The position numbers and the translations under genes are program-made. Under the pieces are notes generated by a model, which ran no database searches, was not told the origin of the DNA, and saw nothing but the letters and a program-made list of their open reading frames with translations. From Candidatus Saccharimonadota bacterium (GTDB taxonomy: Bacteria > Patescibacteriota > Saccharimonadia > Saccharimonadales > UBA4665), in contig CP025011.1 in assembly GCA_002952755.1 (NCBI GenBank), forward strand, positions 270,001 through 302,000: DNA of 32,000 bases, in the 5' to 3' direction. Below are positions 24,006 to 31,875 of this stretch, in pieces. Within the stretch, counting starts at the first letter, position 1, and each line of letters begins with the position of its first letter.

Positions 24006-24035
24006 TTGACATGTTCCGAATATTAAACGTATCAT
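24006..24035 (+). promoter_or_regulatory. candidate sigma70 promoter (TTGACA-18 nt-TATCAT)
   Basis: TTGACA at 24006-24011 and TATCAT at 24030-24035, facing the ORF at 24140. Confidence 0.35.
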
Positions 24036-24139
24036 ATACATGCACCTTGATATATGCATAAACGCATCTGCGAGTATCGTCGCAAATGGTTTTATGAACG
24101 GCAATTCTCTCATGAACGAAGAGTGTTGGCGATCTACAA

Positions 24140-24532
24140 GTGAGCAATTATACATCAAGAGCTTCGGCTCGGAAAGTGGGCAGTATGAGCAAGGCACGGA
24201 GTACAAAAAACGTTAACGACTTTTTTATCTTGGGTCCGACTCTAACTAAAGGTAACCGAGTGCTCGAGGCGATCCATTCGCTCTACTATTTGCCAGAGAA
24301 TTTTAAGCTCATTTTCGCAGGCACCGCTCCTGTTGACCAGGATTTGTACGGCGAAATTGTCGACCTGGTGCAACGCGATGAACTCGGTAGTCGTGTTCGT
24401 TTTACGGACGATGCTAGCGCCTCAGACGTAGTGATAACTTCTCGTAGCGTCAACCTGAGGAATAGTGTTACCGGTGACAGCCCAGAGGCAATCGCCAGCG
24501 CCATTCTACAGGCCGCACGTGCGACCGTCTAA
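24140..24532 (+). CDS. glycosyltransferase family 1 (GT-B) C-terminal fragment, likely gene remnant
   Basis: FFILGPTLTKGNRVLEAIHSLYYLPENFKLIFAGTAPVDQDLYGEIVDLVQRDELGSRVRFT follows the Glycos_transf_1 pattern (G-x-x-x-x-KG...L..A...L....kLvi.G.G.....l......l...V.F). It is only 115-130 aa versus more than 330 for intact enzymes, and no N-terminal half is present upstream. The start may be ATG 24185. Confidence 0.45.
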   Translation: MSNYTSRASARKVGSMSKARSTKNVNDFFILGPTLTKGNRVLEAIHSLYYLPENFKLIFAGTAPVDQDLYGEIVDLVQRDELGSRVRFTDDASASDVVITSRSVNLRNSVTGDSPEAIASAILQAARATV

Positions 24533-24540
24533 AAATAGTT

Positions 24541-24566
24541 AACGCCGCAGCAGAGGCGTTTTTTAT
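24541..24566 (+). terminator. rho-independent terminator
   Basis: AACGCC / GCAGCAGA / GGCGTT followed by TTTTTATT, 8 nt after the stop at 24532. Confidence 0.5.
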
Positions 24567-24633
24567 TGCCCGTTTGCCTTTGAAAATAAGCGTAAGCGGG
24601 CTTTTTTATACAACAGTCAGGCCCGGGAGTGTT

Positions 24634-24642
24634 TGTTACAAT
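24634..24642 (+). promoter_or_regulatory. extended -10 element (TGtTACAAT), leaderless geometry for pcrA
   Basis: ATG 24651 begins 8 nt after the -10. The intervening ACCGAGGT could alternatively be a very close SD. The upstream context GGAGTGTTTGTTACAAT resembles GGAGGGTTTGCTACAAT at 27531. Confidence 0.4.
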
Positions 24643-24650
24643 ACCGAGGT

Positions 24651-26822
24651 ATGCAACAAGATCTCTTAATCGGATTGAATCCAGAGCAGCGCCGTGCCGT
24701 AGAAACGACCGAGGGGCCATTGCTTATCCAGGCTGGAGCCGGGTCTGGCAAGACAAAAACGCTGACTCATCGTATTGCACATCTGATAGATAGCGGTAAG
24801 GCTACCCCATTTAACATTCTGGCCGTGACATTTACGAACAAAGCCGCCAAAGAAATGCGCGCCCGTGTGGCTATGCTCCTTGGTGAAAACGCTGATAATC
24901 GGGGTTTTATGCCCTACATGGGTACATTCCATTCTATTTGCGTGCGTATCTTGCGGCAGGATGGCGAACATATCGGCATTCCGCGCAGTTTCGTGATTTT
25001 TGACGAATCCGATCGCCAGGCAGCCGTCAAACAAGCCAGTAGGCAATTGCATATTGATGAAAAAAGCTTCCCCGCCCGTACTTTAAGCGGTATTATCAGC
25101 AGCGCCAAGAACGAGGCAACGGACCCGAGTGAGTTCGCCGATTTGCCCGGCTCGTCTCCAGCTCAACGCACAGCCGCGCAGGTATATCCGTTATATCAGA
25201 AGGCGCTCAAAGAGGCTTCAGCACTCGATTTTGACGACCTTATCGCCCGTACTGTGCATTTGCTGCGCAGCCAACCGCCCATTCGCGAAAAGTGGCAAAC
25301 CCAATTCCGCTACATCATGATCGACGAGTACCAGGACACTAACGCTATCCAGTATAAGCTTGTAAGGTTATTGACAAACCCTAATAGAAATGTTGCAGTA
25401 GTTGGAGACGATTGGCAAAGCATATATTCATGGAGAGGTGCGGATTTCCGGAATATTTTGAATTTTGAGCACGATTACCCAGATTGTGCAGTCATTAAAT
25501 TGGAGCAAAATTACCGCAGTACCGGTGCAATTCTAGAAGCAGCACACGGTATAATCACTAAAAACCTGCAGCGCTCGGACAAAAAATTGTGGACCGATGC
25601 TGGCCATGGGATGCCGGTGCAGATGATCCAGGTGGGCGGCGAGCGGGCTGAAGGCGAGGCGATTGTGCGTCGAGTGCGTAACGCTGTGGACGGGGGACTC
25701 AGGCATTACAAAGATTTTGCCGTGTTGTATCGCACCAACGCACAGTCGCGCTCGGTAGAAGAGACATGTATCCATTACGGCATACCGTATCGGATTGTGG
25801 GTGGCCAGCGTTTTTACGACCGCAAGGAAATTAAAGATTTGTTGGCTTATTTGCGCCTAGTATACCAACCTGAAGACCGCATCAGTTTTGCACGTATTGT
25901 GAATGTGCCGACGCGTGGGGTGGGTGCTAAGAGTCTGCAGAACTTTTATGATTGGATGAACGCCACCGGCAAAACACTCTTCGAGGCGCTCAGTACTGTC
26001 GATCAGTGCGGCGCCATAACAGGCAAAGCTAAAAAGGGGTTAGGAGAAGTTGCGGAGTTGTTGGCCCGATTGCGTGAGCTTATTGATACGACACCGCCAG
26101 CTGGGATCATCGATAGCCTCATCCGGCGTCTGGATTATCTCAAATATTTAGATGACGATACGCCGCAAGGCGAATCGCGCCAGGAGAATGTCAAAGAGTT
26201 GATCGGTGTGGCGCAGGAATATCAGGAGATTGGCCTCGCGGCGTTTTTGGAAGAAGTTGCACTAGTGAGTGACATCGACCAAGCCGATTTTGACGGGAAC
26301 GCTGTCACGCTTATGACACTCCATGCTGCCAAGGGTTTGGAGTTCCCGGTCGTGTTCATGGTGGGCATGGAAGAGAGTATCTTCCCTCATTCCCGCGCAC
26401 TGTACGACCAATTTGAGATGGAAGAAGAGCGCCGCTTGTGCTACGTGGGCATGACGCGAGCACGCGAAGAACTATATATGATTTACGCCACCAGCCGCAT
26501 GCTGTATGGAGGGGCGCAGCATAATCCGCCGTCACGCTTTTTGGCTGAAATCGATGCTCAGTTTCAGCCACCCGACAGTACCTATGGCTCGCCAATCTCA
26601 TTTGCGCCCACTGGTTTTGCCGGCGCCGAAGACCTGACTGCCCATCAGGACGACGGCGAACCGCATTACGTCCCCGAACTCAGCGAAGGCGACCGGGTAA
26701 AACATGAAGTGTTCGGAGTGGGCACCGTGGTGGAGCTGGACGGCGATAATGCCACAATCTTTTTCAAAGGAAAAGGCGCCAAGAAGCTCAATATCGCTTT
26801 TGCGCCACTTAAAAAACTATGA
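24651..26822 (+). CDS. pcrA: ATP-dependent DNA helicase PcrA/UvrD
   Basis: LNPEQRRAV, AGAGSGKTKTLTHR, DEYQDTN, QNYRS, TLHAAKGLEFPVVF, RRLCYVGMTRA and a C-terminal Tudor-like GDRVKHEVFGVGTVVE. Confidence 0.9.
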   Translation: MQQDLLIGLNPEQRRAVETTEGPLLIQAGAGSGKTKTLTHRIAHLIDSGKATPFNILAVTFTNKAAKEMRARVAMLLGENADNRGFMPYMGTFHSICVRILRQDGEHIGIPRSFVIFDESDRQAAVKQASRQLHIDEKSFPARTLSGIISSAKNEATDPSEFADLPGSSPAQRTAAQVYPLYQKALKEASALDFDDLIARTVHLLRSQPPIREKWQTQFRYIMIDEYQDTNAIQYKLVRLLTNPNRNVAVVGDDWQSIYSWRGADFRNILNFEHDYPDCAVIKLEQNYRSTGAILEAAHGIITKNLQRSDKKLWTDAGHGMPVQMIQVGGERAEGEAIVRRVRNAVDGGLRHYKDFAVLYRTNAQSRSVEETCIHYGIPYRIVGGQRFYDRKEIKDLLAYLRLVYQPEDRISFARIVNVPTRGVGAKSLQNFYDWMNATGKTLFEALSTVDQCGAITGKAKKGLGEVAELLARLRELIDTTPPAGIIDSLIRRLDYLKYLDDDTPQGESRQENVKELIGVAQEYQEIGLAAFLEEVALVSDIDQADFDGNAVTLMTLHAAKGLEFPVVFMVGMEESIFPHSRALYDQFEMEEERRLCYVGMTRAREELYMIYATSRMLYGGAQHNPPSRFLAEIDAQFQPPDSTYGSPISFAPTGFAGAEDLTAHQDDGEPHYVPELSEGDRVKHEVFGVGTVVELDGDNATIFFKGKGAKKLNIAFAPLKKL

Positions 26823-27286
26823 AAACGCTTTTGCTGGCTTTGGGGCGAGTTACTTACTGGTGCGCCTGGCCGGTATTTTGGATCTATTTTAAGCGTAGCC
26901 CAGGACGCACAAGAGTAGTCGTCACCAATCCGCAAGGTGAAGTCCTGGTACTTAAACAGTGGATTAGTTCCGGCAAATGGCTATTGCCGGGCGGTGGGCT
27001 GCACAAGGGAGAGGAGCCTCTGGAGGGCGCATTGCGTGAGTTAAAAGAGGAAGTGGGTATTGGTTTACGACCATCCGACCTGGCGGCCCTGGGGCAGGAA
27101 ATATGCCGATCGTATGGCTTCCGCTTTTGGATGCATATCTATGTCACGCAGGTGCATGAGGTGCAAGTAACTCGACAGCGTATCGAGATAGCCGAAGCAC
27201 AGTGGCTGCCGCTTCGGGCGCTTACAATCCCCCATACTTCGAATGACACCCTCCAGGCCCTGAAACTTGCCGGGATTCAGAGGTAG
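26819..27286 (+). CDS. NUDIX hydrolase with hydrophobic N-terminus
   Basis: Nudix box LPGGGLHKGEEPLEGALRELKEEVGI. ATGA overlap with the pcrA stop. Confidence 0.85.
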   Translation: MKTLLLALGRVTYWCAWPVFWIYFKRSPGRTRVVVTNPQGEVLVLKQWISSGKWLLPGGGLHKGEEPLEGALRELKEEVGIGLRPSDLAALGQEICRSYGFRFWMHIYVTQVHEVQVTRQRIEIAEAQWLPLRALTIPHTSNDTLQALKLAGIQR

Positions 27287-27538
27287 CCTCCAGTCCCTGC
27301 CACCATACTTAAAGCAGACCCCACCTCCTCTTATAGCCCCCTTCAAATTACAGCGCTAACTTCAGCCCTGTTGTCCGGAACTTGATCCGGAATGACGAAA
27401 CTCGAAAAGACCAATCCTTAGAAAATGAAAATGTGGGCAAATAGTAGTTTTTCTGAGTAGTCGTAGGTGCTGAAGGCTATCTATAAAAGGCAAGGATCAG
27501 GCGAGGTTCGGATTGAAAAGGCGATGACCCGGAGGGTT

Positions 27539-27547
27539 TGCTACAAT
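27539..27547 (+). promoter_or_regulatory. extended -10 element (TGcTACAAT)
   Basis: Third exact copy of this 9-mer, 54 nt upstream of ATG 27602. Confidence 0.4.
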
Positions 27548-27601
27548 TAAGATGACTCGTGATGCCGCACAATTAAGGTGGCCTCTTGTGGTCGATCCGT
27601 A

Positions 27602-28894
27602 ATGAGCAAGCTAAAGCGTTTTCGATCCAATACACACTACACTGTAGCAGGCGATAAAAGGTTCCGACTTATTAAGCGCGTCAGCCGCCATCCAGCCTTT
27701 ACGATCCCGCTCATAACGTTCTCGTCACTTTTACTACTTACTGCAGTGGGGGTTGCAATATTTACGGGTGGCGCTCCTAGGCTACGAAATACCAATACTC
27801 ATATAGTTATTATTTCGCATGACCATACCGAGCAGGCGGTGCCAACCTTGGCTAAAACAGTGGGGGACGTGCTTAAACGCTTTAACATCCCTCTCCATGA
27901 GGGGGATGTGGTAGAGCCGGATATGAATACTGAGATCGTGACCGATAACTTCCGTGTCAATGTATACCGCGCCGCGCCCGTGACCATCGTCGATGGCGAG
28001 CAGAAGACATTCGCATACTCGGCAGCACGGACGCCTCGCAGTGTAGTCAAGCAGGCGGGGATAGAAGTCTACCCTGAAGATAATCTTACAGAGGTGCCCA
28101 CAGATAATTTTTTAGTGGAGGGCTCGATTGGAGGACGCGTGGTAATTAGCCGGGCAACACCGGTGCATGTCAATCTCTACGGGACGCCCGTGGTGATGCG
28201 TACCCATGCGGGGACAGTTGGCGGTCTGCTCACTGAACGCGGTTTAAAGCTAGGGCAGGGCGATGTAGTGCAGCCGGCAGCAACAACCCTCGTCTCGGCC
28301 AATATGCAGATATTTGTACTGCGCAAGGGGCAAAAGATTGTCACTGAGGCCACAACCTTGCCCATGCCGACACAGATCGTTGAAGACAGTAGCCTAACCT
28401 TTGGCACTACGGCGGTCCGCCAGCAGGGGTCGGACGGTCAAAAACTCATCACCTATCTTATAGACGTGCAGAACGGTGTTGAGACCCGTAAAGAGATTCA
28501 AGAGGTCGTCACTCAACAACCAGTAACTGAGATCATTGCGCGTGGTAAGGCGGTGCAGATTCCCTCCGACAAACAAGCAGTGATGGCTGCTGCCGGCATC
28601 AGCTCCGGCGATTACGCCTATGTAGACTACGTAGTAAGCCATGAGTCTGGTTGGTGCCCAACGAAACTGCAAGGCCAGGCAGGTTACTGCCCACCATACG
28701 CGCCGGGCAGTATACCGAGCTATCTAGGGTATGGTTTGGGCCAAGCCACTCCGGGCAGTAAGATGTCATCTTTTGGCGCCGATTGGGAAACAAACCCGGT
28801 AACACAGCTGAGGTGGGCCACGAGTTATGCCTTGCAGCGTTACGGCAGCTGGGCGGCGGCGTACAATCATTGGTCGGCGTATCACAATTGGTGA
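27602..28894 (+). CDS. RpfB/YabE-like cell-wall protein: TM anchor, 3x DUF348, G5, C-terminal transglycosylase-like domain
   Basis: Three DUF348-like repeats (VPTLAKTVGDVLKRFNIPLHEGDVVEP; ARTPRSVVKQAGIEVYPEDNL; AGTVGGLLTERGLKLGQGDVVQP). G5-like TAVRQQGSDGQKLITYLIDVQNGVETRKE. The C-terminus VVSHESGW...YGLGQ...Y resembles the E-S ... G-L-x-Q lytic transglycosylase motifs. The start could be GTG 27578. Confidence 0.8.
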   Translation: MSKLKRFRSNTHYTVAGDKRFRLIKRVSRHPAFTIPLITFSSLLLLTAVGVAIFTGGAPRLRNTNTHIVIISHDHTEQAVPTLAKTVGDVLKRFNIPLHEGDVVEPDMNTEIVTDNFRVNVYRAAPVTIVDGEQKTFAYSAARTPRSVVKQAGIEVYPEDNLTEVPTDNFLVEGSIGGRVVISRATPVHVNLYGTPVVMRTHAGTVGGLLTERGLKLGQGDVVQPAATTLVSANMQIFVLRKGQKIVTEATTLPMPTQIVEDSSLTFGTTAVRQQGSDGQKLITYLIDVQNGVETRKEIQEVVTQQPVTEIIARGKAVQIPSDKQAVMAAAGISSGDYAYVDYVVSHESGWCPTKLQGQAGYCPPYAPGSIPSYLGYGLGQATPGSKMSSFGADWETNPVTQLRWATSYALQRYGSWAAAYNHWSAYHNW

Positions 28895-28928
28895 TTCTCA
28901 GACCGGCAGCGTACGGCCATGATAGGAT

Positions 28929-29726
28929 GTGAGAGTGAGCGATGTCCAATTACCTAAGAAAGCGTTAGGCCAGCACTGGCTGTATGACGATAATAGCTTG
29001 CAGGCGATGTGCGATAGTATCGACCTTAGCCCGGAAGATACAGTGCTGGAGATCGGCCCGGGCCTTGGTACATTGACGAGTAAACTAGTAGTGCAGGCCA
29101 AAGAAGTTATCGCAGTAGAATTCGATGCCGATCTGGCGCGGGGTCTGCCCACCAGGGTACCAGCGCCCAATCTGACCGTAGTCCAGCAAGATATCCTCCG
29201 GTTCGATCTTAGGACTCTACCGGCCCATTTTAAGATTGCTGCCAACATTCCCTATTATTTGACGAGTAATTTAATTCGCTTGCTATGCGAAAGTTCTAAT
29301 CCTTTTTCACTGGCAGCATTACTCGTGCAGAAAGAGGTGGCCGAACGTGTGTGTGCCGAGCCGGGTAATATGAGTACACTGAGCGTAAGCGTACAGTTTT
29401 ACTGTGATGTCATGCTAGGCCTCAATGTGCCAGCGGCCTTATTCACACCGCCACCAAAGGTTGATTCGCAGATTTTATGCCTGGAATACCGTGAAATGCC
29501 ACTTTTTCCAGATGTCGACCCAAAACTATTTTTCCGCATAGTGAAGGCAGGATTTGCACAGCGCCGTAAGACGCTCCTCAACTCATTGGGCGCCGGCATG
29601 CATCTTTCGCGTGAGCAGACAGGCATATGGCTGGAGAGTGCAGGGATTGCGCCGACGACTAGGGCGCAAAACTTGAGTTTGCAGCAGTGGCATGTATTGT
29701 ATAAAACGTTCGAACGGCGATCCTAG
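28929..29726 (+). CDS. rsmA: 16S rRNA (adenine1518/1519-N6)-dimethyltransferase RsmA/KsgA
   Basis: KKALGQHWL and VLEIGPGLGTLT (SAM motif I), plus NIPYYLTS. The start is ambiguous between GTG 28929 and GTG 28935. The latter is 6 nt after a TGaTAGGAT element (28920-28928). Confidence 0.9.
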   Translation: MRVSDVQLPKKALGQHWLYDDNSLQAMCDSIDLSPEDTVLEIGPGLGTLTSKLVVQAKEVIAVEFDADLARGLPTRVPAPNLTVVQQDILRFDLRTLPAHFKIAANIPYYLTSNLIRLLCESSNPFSLAALLVQKEVAERVCAEPGNMSTLSVSVQFYCDVMLGLNVPAALFTPPPKVDSQILCLEYREMPLFPDVDPKLFFRIVKAGFAQRRKTLLNSLGAGMHLSREQTGIWLESAGIAPTTRAQNLSLQQWHVLYKTFERRS

Positions 29727-29921
29727 CACCTGACTTCTTCGCAGTTTGTGAATAACGTGCTATGCTTAGTCCTTCATAACTCGTGTTGGACGATTTGCCA
29801 TAGCGAGGTAAAATATGAGTAAGTGCTCATGTATTACCTAAGATACGGCGTAAATCATAAAGATTAGTTAACACGTTACCTATCGCCAACCGTGTTTTTA
29901 GAAATAGTAAGGGAACGAGAG

Positions 29922-30392
29922 ATGGGCCCAGTAGTTACCGTCGGTTATATGTTACAACATACTGCCATCATTTTGATGCGGCAGTCAGACCAAGTACTGC
30001 AAGAGCGCCTGGGCATCGGCATGTCGCAGTTTAGAATTCTCATGATGCTCAAAGCCAATCCAAATGTCCAGCAGCGCAAACTGGCAGAATATTTAGGTCA
30101 GACAGAAGCTAGTATTAGCCGCCAAACGAAGCTACTCAGCGAAAAAGGTTTGCTACTTGTCCGGGTGAACCCTAAAAGCCGCCGTGAACACATCGCGCTG
30201 CCGACGGCTAAGGGCCTGAAGATGACCGAAGCAGCGCTGGAGATACTCGAGCAATATCATACGCCATTGTTTGACTTGCTGAGCGACAAACAGCGCCAGC
30301 AACTGGTTATTTCGATGAATACCTTGCACGAATCTATCTGCGCGCCCGGCAATCCATTTGCTTGCGACCGTCCATTTGATATAAAACCATAA
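29922..30392 (+). CDS. MarR-family transcriptional regulator
   Basis: Winged-HTH pattern MSQFRILMMLKANPNVQQRKLAEYLGQTEASISRQTKLLSEKGLLLVRVNPKSRREHIALPTAKG. AAGGGA lies 7 nt upstream of ATG 29922. The ORF-track GTG 29892 is in the same frame. Confidence 0.85.
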   Translation: MGPVVTVGYMLQHTAIILMRQSDQVLQERLGIGMSQFRILMMLKANPNVQQRKLAEYLGQTEASISRQTKLLSEKGLLLVRVNPKSRREHIALPTAKGLKMTEAALEILEQYHTPLFDLLSDKQRQQLVISMNTLHESICAPGNPFACDRPFDIKP

Positions 30393-30437
30393 TTTTGCCT
30401 ACACCAAGGACTGACCTTGGAAGGGGAAGGGAGTGAG

Positions 30438-31325
30438 GTGAGCCAGGTTGTTGCTATTCAGGGTCAGCCCGGCTCATATCACGAGCAAGCAGCACGGCAG
30501 TATTTTGGTGCCAAGTGCGAGTTGTTGTATGGGGATTCGTTTGAGGATGTATTTGCTAAAGTAAATGACGGCAGCGCTACCGGGGGCGTCGTGGCCATCG
30601 AGAATTCGCTCTATGGGTCGATTGGCGCAGTGTATGATCTGTTGCGATCTTTCCCGGACATCACTATTACCGGTGAAACCTATCTACGCATTGACCACTG
30701 CCTGATTGTATTACCTGGTGCGACGCTCGACGGCGTCCGACACGTGCATTCTCAGAAGGAGGCCCTGGGGCAATGCCTGCAGTTTTTACGTCAGCAACTG
30801 CCAGAAGCAAGAATCGTTGCTGAAGCAGATACAGCTGCCAGTGTCGCATTGGTAAAACAAGCGGGCGACCCATCCATGGCGGCTATTGCGAGCAGTGCGG
30901 CAGCCAAGCTGCATGGTCTTGAGATAGCTGTGCGGGGAGTTCAGGACAACCCTGAAAATTACACACGTTTTCTAATACTCAAGAAGAAAACGGTCGACCT
31001 GCATGACGAGACTGCTGACAAAACCTCGCTGCTCATAGAGCGCTTACGCAACGATTCCGATGATTCTCATCCTGGCGAGCTTGCCCATGTACTCAATTGT
31101 TTTGCGAGAGCAAACGTTACGCTCACCAAGATTGAGTCGCGCCCTATACATGGTGTCGCCTGGCGCTACTGGTTCTATATCGATTGCGCCGCCGGATTGC
31201 ATGATCCTAAGATGCAAGCCGCCCTGACACACTTGCAGCATCTTGGCACAAAGTGGAAAGTGCTGGGTACCTACTCCGCTTCTAACCTTCCGAGATCAGA
31301 TAAGGATGGGTCAGGCGCAAGGTAA
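30438..31325 (+). CDS. pheA: prephenate dehydratase (PDT + ACT domains)
   Basis: VAIQGQPGSYHEQAA, AIENSLYGSI, TRFLIL and IESRP...WRYWFYID motifs. The purine-rich GGAAGGGGAAGGGAG precedes GTG 30438. TTG 30417 is the alternative start. Confidence 0.85.
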   Translation: MSQVVAIQGQPGSYHEQAARQYFGAKCELLYGDSFEDVFAKVNDGSATGGVVAIENSLYGSIGAVYDLLRSFPDITITGETYLRIDHCLIVLPGATLDGVRHVHSQKEALGQCLQFLRQQLPEARIVAEADTAASVALVKQAGDPSMAAIASSAAAKLHGLEIAVRGVQDNPENYTRFLILKKKTVDLHDETADKTSLLIERLRNDSDDSHPGELAHVLNCFARANVTLTKIESRPIHGVAWRYWFYIDCAAGLHDPKMQAALTHLQHLGTKWKVLGTYSASNLPRSDKDGSGAR

Positions 31326-31338
31326 GGTATATACGAGG

Positions 31339-31347
31339 TGATATAGT
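31339..31347 (+). promoter_or_regulatory. extended -10 element (TGaTATAGT), leaderless geometry
   Basis: ATG 31354 begins 6 nt after the -10, with no SD. Confidence 0.4.
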
Positions 31348-31353
31348 AAGAGA

Positions 31354-31866
31354 ATGGCTGAGCAACAATCATTCTCAGAACCAGAAGAGCCCATCGATCT
31401 TCCTAAGAAAACGAAGACCCGGCGCTGGCCTGGCCGCACCGCACTCTTTTTGGCCGGTATGCTCACAACGGGAGTGCCTGCCGGTGTATACATCTGGCAA
31501 GACCTTTTGGGCAAGCCAGTTGCCGGTGCGGCTGCTGGCGAGATTGTGTGCCCAAATGGAGAAGCGGTAGTCGGTGCCTGGATCGAGCCGAACGATCATG
31601 CCGACCGCGGTTGGGCAACGCTTGCTACAGAGCCTGGACAAGTAAATAGAGCAACTTTTACAGCAAGTATTCCCCATTCTAGCGCATACAGCATTCACGT
31701 TGGCTGTGGCGGCACGCCCGAAAATTGGCAACATGACAACCCCAGCCCCAGTATCGCTATAGGTCCTATCCTAATGCAAGTCACTTGCGTCGATCATCTT
31801 GGCATAAAGAACGGTACATGTGCTATTGAAAATTTGATGCAGCCCGCAAGCGCCCCAACTACCTAG
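31354..31866 (+). CDS. membrane-anchored hypothetical protein with Cys-containing extracytoplasmic domain
   Basis: Acidic/basic N-terminus, one TM (ALFLAGMLTTGVPAGVYIW), then a 115-aa domain with 4 Cys. No family recognised. Confidence 0.55.
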   Translation: MAEQQSFSEPEEPIDLPKKTKTRRWPGRTALFLAGMLTTGVPAGVYIWQDLLGKPVAGAAAGEIVCPNGEAVVGAWIEPNDHADRGWATLATEPGQVNRATFTASIPHSSAYSIHVGCGGTPENWQHDNPSPSIAIGPILMQVTCVDHLGIKNGTCAIENLMQPASAPTT

Positions 31867-31875
31867 GGGTATCTT

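Noticed and set aside
27287-27577. c-di-AMP (ydaO-type) riboswitch upstream of the Rpf/YabE-like gene.
   Set aside because: I could not find the conserved G-rich/ACGGGG-type blocks or the pseudo-twofold arrangement I associate with that class. Only an Rfam scan can settle it.
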